Of a DNA stretch of 45,154 bases, positions 12,701-23,700 are shown in pieces. The notes under the pieces were generated by a model, which saw nothing but the letters and a program-made list of their open reading frames with translations, did not search any database and had not been told where the DNA came from. Both the position numbers and the translations under genes were made by a program. Numbering within the stretch: the first letter of the stretch is position 1; every line of letters begins with the position of its first letter. Source of the DNA: Reclinomonas americana ATCC 50394 (Eukaryota). Location of the stretch: contig PS015050.1 of NCBI GenBank assembly GCA_048213135.1, positions 59,055 through 104,208 of the forward strand, written 5' to 3'.

Positions 12701-12858
12701 GGTTTTCCGTATGTTCGTTCTCGGAGCTTCGATCTTCGCCGCAATGTGTGATTGAGCAGTGGATTCGACGCACTTGCGTGGTTTTCCGTATGTTCGTTCT
12801 CGGAGCTTCGATCTTCGCCGCAATGTGTGATTGAGCAGTGGATTCGACGCACTTGCGT
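12701..12858. repeat. Perfect 79-bp tandem duplication
   Basis: 12701-12779 is identical to 12780-12858 (GGTTTTCCGTATGTTCG...GCACTTGCGT). Confidence 0.95.
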
Positions 12859-13173
12859 AAACGCACGTGCGTAACGCCGAGCAAACAAAGCAAAGCCGGG
12901 TCCGGATCTGTTCGAGCTTGTCGTGTGGTTGGTGAGGCTAATGTCGGCAGTGAGGAGCTCAGGTAGCAGGCGCATCGTAATGCCGTAGTTATTGCAGTCA
13001 CTGACTGGGCACAGTGAGAACAAGAGAACTGAGGGTTGATCGGCGACGCTGACCACAGTCAATTGTTGTTGTTGTTGTTGTTGGCGTTAACTATCATCTT
13101 CGAGGGCGACATGGATAAACAAATTCTGCACAACATTTAATTGCAACAAAGATTGGAAACATCAACACCATCA

Positions 13174-15989
13174 TTACTGTACAGCGCTGGGAGAGTGCGT
13201 GCGGTGTCGCAGCAATTCAAGCTTGGTCTTGACAGCATCTGCAAGAGGACATGAGTGGCTGATAGTAAATAGAATGGTGCCAGCACAGCAACTCACCAAC
13301 GAGCTGATCGTCCAGCGAGTCGTCCAGATCGCCGAGTGCACCGCGCGCGTCGTGTCCGTGGTAAATGTACGCCACTTTCGAGGCTCGCTTGGCGCGCTCA
13401 CGCAGCTGCTCCAGTTCCATGGCCCGTCGCTGCTCGTCTTGCAGCTTTTCGGGACTGACATGCTTGGCGTTCTTCACCGAGTGACGCAGGTTCTCTCGTC
13501 CGTGCTCGTGCATCAGCTGCCGAGAAAGTGAGAACAACGGCCACCGAAGAGGGACAGCACGAGCATTGCGCACGCAACTCTTCTCCTCTCCACCTCCTGC
13601 TCCGCCTTGGCGGTGGCCTCGGCTGAGAAACTGGTCACCAGCTGCGGCTTCCACTTGCGCCTGCGTGACGACAACGACGAATGATGAGCAATGTGTTCGA
13701 GGAGGAGCGTCAGTGCACAAACGCACGCAACATGCGAGCTGGTGCACTGGAGCGTTCAGGCGACACTCCTGGTGGTGCGGACACGGGCACTGTGGACCAG
13801 TGCGTGAGTAAAGGAAGAAAGCGACAGAGTGAGTCGTATGACGCAACGATTGGTGCGGTAGTTGGCATTGTCCAGTTCCGACGTGGTGGCCATGATGTCG
13901 GCCGGCTCGGTCTGCGCGCGCCGTGCTGGAGAACGACTGACCTTTTGCTGGTGGTAGACAGGGAAAGTGAGGCACGTGAAACAACAGCGCAATGTGGCAC
14001 GCGGAATTACACACCTCAGTTTCGACTTTGAGCTTCTCTCGTACAACACGGTCGTACTCCTGTCGCCGGATTAGGGTGGCCTTTGCCTTTTCGGCCTCGA
14101 GTTGTGCAAGCTCTCGGCGCTTGCGCTCCTCCTCGACCACCAGTGCCTGTGAAGATGTATGATGATGAGGAGGAGGAGGAAGAAGAAACGAGATGTGCTC
14201 CTCATTCACGCACCATGGCCTTGCCCTCGTAGAACTGATGCAGAGGGGACACATTCCTCACCGGTTGCGGTGGGTGCCGCAACATTTGCATCTGCGCCAC
14301 TCATCGCCAGTCAGCATTTGCATCCATCTCCTTCTACTCTTGCTCAGACAAAGACGCAACGACTGCCTGGTACCGAGTGCTGTGCTCCGCAATCTCGGCC
14401 AGCACACCGTTCTTGGGGTGATGCTTCTCGTACCGCTGTGCCAGCAGCTTCCTCTCTTCCTCGATCTCGGCGGCGCGCTCTGCCATGCACATGTCAACAC
14501 AATGACTTCGATGCAACATCACTACGCAGACGATACCACGCACCCATTGCCTCCTTTTCTTGCAGCATCTGGAACAGGTACTTTTGATGCTGGCTCGAGT
14601 GTGCATTCTCCGACACCATTCGCATCTGCGACAAGAGACGCGGTGAGTCGGGTGAGCGGAAAAGCGCAATGCACAGAGACAGCAATCCAGCTCACCCGTA
14701 GCTCGCGTTCCTTTTGCTGCTCCCTCCACTTGGTGTACTTGACCTCGCGCTCCGCCTTCTCCTTCTCCTGCCACTGCGCAGCGCGCTGCTTCACCTCCTC
14801 CGCATGCGCCACCTGCTGCGCCATCCATTGCTCCTTGGCCTTGGCTTCGCGCTCCTGTAGACAGATTGTGAGGAGAGGAGCGGGGCACCCAAGAGAGTGA
14901 TATCCACACTCACCAGGCGAGCCTGCTTGCGCTTCTCGTCCTCCTTGCGCAGTGCCGCGTGGCGCTGCAGCAACTCGCGCTGTCCCGGCGACAGGTTGCC
15001 CAGCGACGGAAGCGGGCGTCGCTGTGGACTCGCATTGTTGCTGCTGTTGCTGTGCTGCGTCATCGATGGTGGCAAAGGCGCAGGCGGGCTCATTGTCGAG
15101 TCGTCGCTCTCCGGCAGCGCAGTCAGCATGATGGTGGGTGGGGTGGCCGGGGGCTGTGGAGGGGAAGGAGGGGAAGGAGGGGAAGGAGAGGGTGAGGGGA
15201 GGGGGAAGGAGAAGGAGAAGGAGAAGGAGAGGGGGTGGAGGTTGAGAGGAGAAGGAGTGCTGTGGAAAGGTGTGGAGAAGGCGAGAAGAGGGAGATGAGA
15301 AGAGAAGAGATCGACAAGAGATGAGAAGATGAGAAGAAGGGGTGGAGTTGAGTAGAGAAGAGATCGGCAGGAGAGGAGGTGAAAAGGGAGGGTGAGTGGA
15401 AGGAGAGGAGAAGATGCGGAGAGAGGTGATCGGAGTAGAAAAGAAGGAGAGGAGAGGGAGAGAGAGAGTGCGTGTCTCGCTCAGCCCTCTCCTCTCTGCT
15501 CTCTGCTCCCTTCCTCCCTTCTCTCTCTCTCTCNNNNNNNNNNNNNNNNNNNNNNNNNNNNNNNNNNNNNNNNNNNNNNNNNNNNNNNNNNNNNNNNNNN
15601 NNNNNNNNNNNNNNNNNNNNNNNNNNNNNNNNNNNNNNNNNNNNNNNNNNNNNNNNNNNNNNNNNNNNNNNNNNNNNNNNNNNNNNNNNNNNNNNNNNNN
15701 NNNNNNNNNNNNNNNNNNNNNNNNNNNNNNNNNNNNNNNNNNNNNNNNNNNNNNNNNNNNNNNNNNNNNNNNNNNNNNNNNNNAATCCAATACAATCGGC
15801 ACAACGTCATTTTTCTCTCTCATCAAACGCGGAAGGCGGGAGAAGACAATGAACACACACACGTGGAGAGCAGAGAGCAGAGAGAAGAGAAGGAGAGAGA
15901 GGAAAGGAGAGCGCCACGTAATCGGACAACATTCACACCTCATCACTGCTCGTCATCTGCATCGTCGCGGTCTCCACCAGCTCGCTCAT
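13174..15989 (-). CDS. Uncharacterised charged coiled-coil protein, about 11 exons (gap at 15534-15783)
   Basis: Exons MSELVETATMQMTSSDE|...RELLQRHAALRKEDEKRKQARL|EREAKAKEQWMAQQ...|...RKWKPQLVTSFSAEATAKAEQEVERRR|LMHEHGRENLRHS...DDQLV|DAVKTKLELLRHRTHSPSAVQ*; most junctions checked are phase-consistent GT-AG. Confidence 0.75.
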
Positions 15990-16115
15990 GTTGTTGTCAC
16001 AGACAGAGAGAAAGAAAGAGGAAAACAAACAGTTGCCGCACACACAGCAACACTCTGCTCGCACAAAAAAAAACGCACAGTTGAAATTCGGTTTTATTGT
16101 TCGGTACGTAAAGTC

Positions 16116-16125
16116 TTTCCCGCCA
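16116..16125 (+). promoter_or_regulatory. E2F/DP-like element TTTCCCGCCA in a divergent intergenic region
   Basis: Matches the TTTSSCGC consensus; lies between the ATGs at 15989 (-) and 16271 (+). The same 10-mer recurs at 20667. Confidence 0.4.
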
Positions 16126-16270
16126 GAAGTAACAGGACAGTCGAAATTACATCCGATCGTTCATCGGACGAAGTGATTGATCGAAACGGGAGGGCCCACT
16201 TTTGCGAAAAATGCTCTCTGGAGGCAGTGTGGATGACAGTCGATTCAATCCGACTGAGATCCTCAAGCGA

Positions 16271-19200
16271 ATGCGTGGTGGAGGCGGAGGAGGAGGAGGA
16301 GGCGGTGGAGGTTATCTCACTTTGTCTCTTGTGTTTGTGTGTTTGTGTTGAGTGAGTGTGGTGCTTACTTTGTGTGTGTGTTGTTGCATTGTTAGTGAGT
16401 GCAGCGGCGTTTGCGTTGCCGACGGCGCCGGGAGCGTTGCCGGGAGTGAGTGGGCAGTCGTCGATGAGGGTTTGTCTTATTTGGACACTCACACACGCGC
16501 TTGGAGTGAGAGAGAGACGGAGAGAGGAGAGAGAGAGATAGAGGGTGAGTGCGTGCTCGATGGGAATCGTTGCTTGTGGGTGTCTCGCATTTCACATGAT
16601 CGATCAAGCTTCCTCGTGTTCCATCGCTCGCTCTCACTCTCTCCTCTCTTCCTTCTCACTTTCTCTCATCATTCTCGCCTCCTTCTCACCTCCTGTTCTC
16701 TGTCTTCTCACATTCCTCATCCTTCTCCCTTTCTTCCTTCCGTTCTCATCCTTGTCGCTCTCCTTTCTCACTTCCTCTCTCCCTTCTCCCTCCCTGTCTC
16801 CTTTCTCACCTCCTCTCTTCCCTTCCTGCCCACCACCAGTCCACCCCCATGAGCTTCTTCTCGACACACTCGACTCCCGCCACCACCACCACCACCAACG
16901 GTCGACCCATGTCGCCTGCGGCGACCGGTCGCAGTTCTGCCACTCAGCAGCACGCCAACGGCAGGAGACCACCATCGCGCTCGTCGATGATGGCCGAGAC
17001 GTGAGTATCCCTGTGCACAAGCAGAGGGCAAGCGATCGCTGATGTTGGAACGCAGGGCCTCCTATGCATCGTCGGCGCACGACGACGGCGGTAATGTGTA
17101 CTCGATTCTGGCGGATCCCATTCCACTGGATCGCTCCGGCAGTCGGCAGTACCTGTCAGCGAGGTGGGTGTGGGAGGCAGCAGCCAGGGAGACCACTCGA
17201 CACACACACACACACACACGCTCTCTCGTTCCTCTCCTCTCACTCCACTCCACGCAGTCTCTCGGCACCTGCCTCACGACCAGTGTCTCCGCCTCTTCGC
17301 AGCGCGCGTGACAGCCCTGCGTTTACGACGATCAATCCCCTGGCCTATGGAGACGGCTACGGCAGCACGCTCTCGGGCGGTCCACGCACACCACGTTCGC
17401 CCTCTTCCGTGCCGCACATGAACGGCACCGCCTCGTCGATGCTCGATGCGGTGGTTCCTCTGCTGCCCTTTGATGGTTGCGTTTTTTCTGCGTGGTGGCG
17501 ATTGCAGTAGTTCTTTGTCCGCCAACGCACATACCGTGCACAGTGGCCAGCGTCGGCGACTTGCCGCACAATGTGGTCGAGTTGCGCACGCTCGTCGTTC
17601 ACCTCCGACGCGTGATTGAGACGAAAAATGCCGAACATCGTTGCGCGCGCGTGCGCGCCCCACCATCCGTATTTCAAGTGCCACTCCTCTCTGACACGTG
17701 CATGCAGACCAACTCGTGGTGCGGCTGGAGGAGATGCAGCGGTTACGGGAGATGGATCAGTCGGCGCTGCGGGAGCGCGACTCGAATATGGTGATGCTGA
17801 CAGAGGAGAAGGCATTAACAGAGGCGGCGCTGGCGGACACGCAACGTTCGCTGATGGAGCGTGAGGCGCAATGCGACGCGCTTCGCAGCAGGAGAGATGA
17901 AGTTGCGGCGAGAAAACAGAAAGAATGGGAGACGTGGAGCGAGCAGGCGACTCACTCGCCGCTCGTGCAGTTGGTGCGGGCGCTGGAGGCAGAGCAGCAG
18001 ACACGGGATGCCGATCGGCGGCAGTTTGAGGAGATGGTGGACCAGCTGGAGGCGGCGTTGCAGCAGGTGGAGGAGACGAATCAGGTACTGGTAGAGGAGC
18101 GCGACAGTGCATTGCAGCGGTTGCGCAAGGAGCGTAATTCGCACAAGCATCAGCTGCGACAACTGGAAGGTCTCTTCTTTCTTCNNNNNNNNNNNNNNNN
18201 NNNNNNNNNNNNNNNNNNNNNNNNNNNNNNNNNNNNNNNNNNNNNNNNNNNNNNNNNNNNNNNNNNNNNNNNNNNNNNNNNNNNNNNNNNNNNNNNNNNN
18301 NNNNNNNNNNNNNNNNNNNNNNNNNNNNNNNNNNNNNNNNNNNNNNNNNNNNNNNNNNNNNNNNNNNNNNNNNNNNNNNNNNNNNNNNNNNNNNNNNNNN
18401 NNNNNNNNNNNNNNNNNNNNNNNNNNNNNNNNNNNNNNNNNNNNNNNNNNNNNNNNNNTTTTTTTCGTGTGTGTTTTTTTTTACAACGCATCGTTGCTCA
18501 CCAGCGTACCGGTATGCACAGCCGATCTTTCACCGGAACCGCCACCAGCCAAGACTGAGCGGCGGCCGGTGACGGTGCACTCGCTGCGCTCCACCAACGG
18601 CTCCACCCCCACCAGTCACTCCAGTTCGCTGTCGTCGGCCCGCTCACGCCCCAACGGGCGACCGGGAGCGTCGCAGGCGCCAGCAGCACCAGCACAACCA
18701 CCGCCACCCACCTCTTCCTCGTCTTCGTCATTAGCAGCTGGAGTATCACACGGACGGGCGACAAGCTCTTCGCGTGCCGACGCGAGGCACAAGCGCAATC
18801 ATAGTGTGAGTTGTGGGTGGTGGTGGTGGCGTATTTTAGCTGGCACACGTGGCTGATGGAGGACGGTTTGTGTGCGCATAGTTGGACTCGCTGGAGCAGT
18901 GGTTGGCGGCGAACAATGTGTTTGATGGTGATGCCACGTCGGCGGGACCGCCGCCAGCTGGTGCGTGGATGGGAGGGAGAGGGAAATAGAGGGGAAGGAG
19001 AAGGAGAGAGGGAGGGAGGGAGAACGAAGAAGAGAGGGAGAGCAAAGAGCAAGAAGAATGGAGGGGAAAAGCAAGGAAGGGAAGGGGGGAAACGGAGAAG
19101 AGAAAGGAGCAAGAAAGATGAAGTAGAATGGAAGGAATACGAGGAGGCGAGCGACGAGCGGAGAGGAAAACAAGAAGAAGAATGGAATGGAAGAAGAGGA

Positions 19201-19818
19201 GAGCAGGCGATGGATGTGAACGGCAGTGGAGAGCAAAGCAAGAAGAATGAGGGGAAGAGTGAGGAGGGGAAGGGGGGAAACGGAGAAGAGATGGAGAGCA
19301 AAGGAGAAGAAGAAGTAGAGTGGAAGCGATGAAGACGTGGCGAAGGTTGTCAAGAGGTAGTGGAGAGGAAACCAAGAAGAATGGAAGTGCTGAAGAGGAG
19401 TTGAAGGATGTGAACAAGGAGTGGCGAGGAACATAAACGAGAATGGGATGGATAAGGAGGAAGCGAAAGGAAAGGCAACAGAGAAGAGAGGGAGTGCAGT
19501 GAGGAAGAACGGCTGAGAAACACGAGAAGAACAGGCGGAGGGTGTGAAGAGGGAGCGGAAAGAAGAACAAAAAATGTAAGGAAGAAGTGGAGGCGAAGAG
19601 AAAGAGAATCGGGGAAGAGAGGGGAGAAGAAACACAAGAAGAAGAATGGAATGGCAGCTCCGAGAAAGAACAGGCGATGAATGTGGGGAGAAAAACAGCC
19701 GAAATAGAATGGAAAAGAGAGAAGATTAGACTAGCGAATGGCTGGGGACTAGGAAAGAGGAGGATAAAACGACGTATGCAAGTGCGCCTCCTGCACGGGC
19801 AGAAGCTTTGCTTCATTA

Positions 19819-19849
<31 letters not shown>

Positions 19850-20298
19850 CTCTGTGTAGCAGTCGCATTTCGTCACTCTCGGCTCACCTCTTCGCTCACA
19901 CAGTTGAACCCGAACGCCGCACTGGTCGGGGCGAGACAGTGCGTGTGGCGTCGAAGCGACTGGCGGATGTTCGTGGCGGCAGTGGCAAGGTCTGCATCTC
20001 TCATGCCTGCACCGTGCATCTCCACGTCTCATATTCCCGTCAATCCACACAGACCAGTCGGCGTTCATCGAGAGACAGCGGCACGGCCGGCAACAGTCCA
20101 GACGCCACCAAGCCTGTATTACGCATCAATCTCAGCCGAGCCATGCCAGGTGAGCACCAAGTGCACTCGTCAGTCGCTCGGGTGCGTTGCTGACCACGTG
20201 ACACAGAAATATCACCACCAGGCGGGCGGTCCTCGCGAAGCCCTCGGGATCGCGATCCTGGACCACGCGTAATCCGTACCCGTCTCGATGTGTTGTAA
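16271..20298 (+). CDS. Uncharacterised protein with poly-Gly start, Ser/Pro-rich disordered regions and a central coiled coil (gap at 18185-18458)
   Basis: Spliced MRGGGGGGGGGGG|AAFALPTAPGALPG|STPMSFF...MAET|ASYASS...|VASVGDLPHNVVELRTLVVHLRRVIETKNAEH|HQLVVRLEEMQRLREMD...|EISPPGG...RTRLDVL*(TAA at 20296). Confidence 0.72.
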
Positions 20299-20666
20299 TG
20301 GNNNNNNNNNNNNNNNNNNNNNNNNNNNNNNNNNNNNNNNNNNNNNNNNNNNNNNNNNNNNNNNNNNNNNNNNNNNNNNNNNNNNNNNNNNNNNNNNNNN
20401 NNNNNNNNNNNNNNNNNNNNNNNNNNNNNNNNNNNNNNNNNNNNNNNNNNNNNNNNNNNNNNNNNNNNNNNNNNNNNNNNNNNNNNNNNNNNNNNNNNNN
20501 NNNNNNNNNNNNNNNNNNNNNNNNNNNNNNNNNNNNNNNNNNNNNNNNNNNNNNNNNNNNNNNNNNNNNNNNNNNNNNNNNNNNNNNAGGGTGGGTTCCC
20601 TTCTTTTTTTTTTAAATCGCCTGAGCGGCGACGCCGGGCACCAACAATGTATAAAGCTGAATGTAA

Positions 20667-20676
20667 TTTCCCGCCA
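20667..20676 (+). promoter_or_regulatory. E2F/DP-like element TTTCCCGCCA about 30 bp upstream of the ATG at 20708
   Basis: Identical 10-mer to 16116-16125, in a start-proximal position. Confidence 0.4.
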
Positions 20677-20707
20677 TTTTTCCTATATCCCATTTTCCCT
20701 CCCTTGA

Positions 20708-23700
20708 ATGTCGTCGCGCCGGCGATCGCAGTCGCCGCCGCCAGAGTCGCTGTCGTCGATGGACAGCAGTGCGCGCTTCCACAGTGAGCGCTCTCCTGCC
20801 TCATCGTCGTACCACTCGTACGACCATGCAGAGTACGAGCACCACCGACGACGACGGGAGATGCCCTCGTCGGCCTTCTCCCCGTCCTCGTCGGCGGCCA
20901 CCACTGCCACAACAGGAGGAGGTGGAGGAAGAGGAGGAGGAGGANNNNNNNNNNNNNNNNNNNNNNNNNNNNNNNNNNNNNNNNNNNNNNNNNNNNNNNN
21001 NNNNNNNNNNNNNNNNNNNNNNNNNNNNNNNNNNNNNNNNNNNNNNNNNNNNNNNNNNNNNNNNNNNNNNNNNNNNNNNNNNNNNNNNNNNNNNNNNNNN
21101 NNNNNNNNNNNNNNNNNNNNNNNNNNNNNNNNNNNNNNNNNNNNNNNNNNNNNNNNNNNNNNNNNNNNNNNNNNNNNNNNNNNNNNNNNNNNNNNNNNNN
21201 NNNNNNNNNNNNNNNNNNNNNNNNNNNNNNNNNNNNNNNNNNNNNNNNNNNNNNNNNNNNNNNNNNNNNNNNNNNNNNNNNNNNNNNNNNNNNNNNNNNN
21301 NNNNNNNNNNNNNNNNNNNNNNNNNNNNNNNNNNNNNNNNNNNNNNNNNNNNNNNNNNNNNNNNNNNNNNNNNNNNNNNNNNNNNNNNNNNNNNNNNNNN
21401 NNNNNNNNNNNNNNNNNNNNNNNNNNNNNNNNNNNNNNNNNNNNNNNNNNNNNNNNNNNNNNNNNNNNNNNNNNNNNNNNNNNNNNNNNNNNNNNNNNNN
21501 NNNNNNNNNNNNNNNNNNNNNNNNNNNNNNNNNNNNNNNNNNNNNNNNNNNNNNNNNNNNNNNNNNNNNNNNNNNNNGTAGTAGACAGGTCGTCCTTCAT
21601 CACACCGTCGCCGGCCAGTGCATCGGCTGCGCATGTGCCACTGTCGCCGTCCTCGTCGGCCTCTTCTGTGGCCTCGTCGCTCACCCGTCGTCGCCACCAG
21701 CCGCCGCCGCCGCGCAGTGGACAAGCCTACGATGACGTGTCGCGCGGCTCCGCTTCGCCATCGTCGTACTCGCATTCGGCATCTCATCATCATCATCATC
21801 ATCATCATCAGCCGCTCGATCGCTCGCTGTCGCCTTCGGCTGTGTCGGTGGCCAGTGGGCCCGACGCCTCATTTGCGCACTATCGAGCGTCGGCGTCGCA
21901 CTACCGGCATCGCCACGACAGTCGGCACACACTGGATGGCAGCGGCAACAGCGCGGCCGGGGATGTGTACACGCCATCGTTTTCATCGTTTTCGCGCAGT
22001 GGTGGTGCTGTTGGCGTCGGTGCAGACTCGCTGTCGCAGTACTCGCGGGACTCGTCTGGGGCGCTGGAGCAGCCGCTGTCTGCTTCGTCGGCGGCCGTGA
22101 CGGCAGCGGCGAGGGCTCATCTCGGTGTGCTGTCGCGATCCGGCGTGCATTCTGTGGCCTCGTCGGGGTCGCCGCCACTCTCCATCACGCGCGACAGCGC
22201 GGCAGGTGCAATGCGGGACGCTTGTGTGTCACGCATACACGTGTAGTTGTCACTCACCGTCGCCTGCAGCGTCAACTGTGCACTACGTGGCTCGTGGCGG
22301 CGGCTCGCCTCACAGTCTCTCCATTCATGGTCTGTCGCCGCGGTCTGGCTCGTTGTCGCCGTCGCCGTTGCCGCATTCGCCGTACCGCCGACGTGGAGAC
22401 GAAGAGGATGTGATTGCCGAGTTGGTGAGTCGACGGTGTTTGTGTGTGTTCTCTGCGCGTCGGCTTTGCTTACCTCCTGCGACAGCATCGGTTACTGGAG
22501 AGCAAATCGATCGAGGTCGAGGAGCGTGATCGCATGTTGTCGAGTGCGCACCGTCGTATCGACGAGCTCCGGCAGCGGTTGACTGAGTTGCGCGAGAGAA
22601 GTGGAAAGGATGGCAAGGAGGGAGAGAGCGAGAGAAAAGGGAGAGAGAGACAAGGAGAGAGATTGCATTCTGACTGAGACACCCAAGCGCGGTGTCAGAG
22701 GAGACCAAGCTTGTGAATCTTATCTCACTAGCTTCGGTCACGCAGAATGACGGAGTCGCGGTCCTACAATCAGACCATCGAGCTGGTGGAATTGCGCGAC
22801 GAGGCTCAGCGGCTGAAGGATGTGGCGTTGCATTTCGAAGCAGAGGTGAGTGCGCGTGAGGCGGCGGCGGCGTCGGCGGCGGCTGGGAAGTGAGTCGTTG
22901 TCGCTGACGCTCCCTCGGTTGTCGTAGACCCATCAAGCACGCTCCGAGGCGAATGGCGAACGGCAGCGTGCCGACGCCATCATCATCGATTTGGATGCGC
23001 AGAGATTGGAGTGCCAGCGACTGGCGCGCGAAGTGACGATGCTGACGCTGACGGCGGACTTGCGGCGCGCCGACACACTGCTACTGGTCAAGGATTTGGA
23101 AGAGCGCAACGTGCTGTTGTATCAGGCTGCCGATCTCATCACGCGACTGGTGAGTGTGCGGTGTGGGCACGGAGAATTCATCATTGTCTGCTGCACGTGC
23201 GTCCGTCGCGGACATACGCTCAGCGAGAGAGACTTGGGAAGACAGGTGTACAGCCAGTAAGAGAGGCACATGCACACACCGAGACATATGGAGAGTCGTA
23301 CACACAAGTTGAGAAGAAGACAGGTGTACAGCCCTTGAGAGAAGCATACAGACGCACACCGAGACAGATGGAGAGTCGTACACACAAGTTGAGAAGAAGA
23401 CAGGTGTACTGCCCGTGAGAGAAGCATACACACACACACACACACACCGAGACAGATGGAGAGTCGTACACACAAGTTTCGGTTCGCCTTTTGTTTCTGT
23501 GTTTCCTTACCTTCCGGTCTGATGTGGCGCGTCGTGATCTGTCTTTGTTCTGCTCCTCTGTTGGATCGTGATGCTCATCCGTGTCGGCAGAATACACAAG
23601 TGGCGTCGGGCGATGAGCAGATTGCGCAACTGTGCGTGGTGCTGGAGAGGCGCGATGCTCAAGTCGAGACGCTGACGACCATGTGTCGTACCCTCATGGA

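Noticed and set aside
14260-14400. In-frame TAG and TGA in an apparent coding stretch, suggesting stop-codon reassignment
   Set aside because: Both fall inside a short intron ending ...gctgac...ggcgcag|; conserved genes end at ordinary TAA/TGA and need no recoding.
18811-19859. Long E/G/K/R-rich or S/L/P/F-rich ORFs over purine tracts (also 3962-4696, 7033-8198, 26339-27364, 31637-32728)
   Set aside because: By-products of stop-poor low-complexity intron sequence; spliced models skip them.
23238-23478. Regular repeats resembling a CRISPR array
   Set aside because: The intervening parts are homologous to each other rather than unique spacers; the array is intronic in a eukaryotic gene and no cas genes are present.
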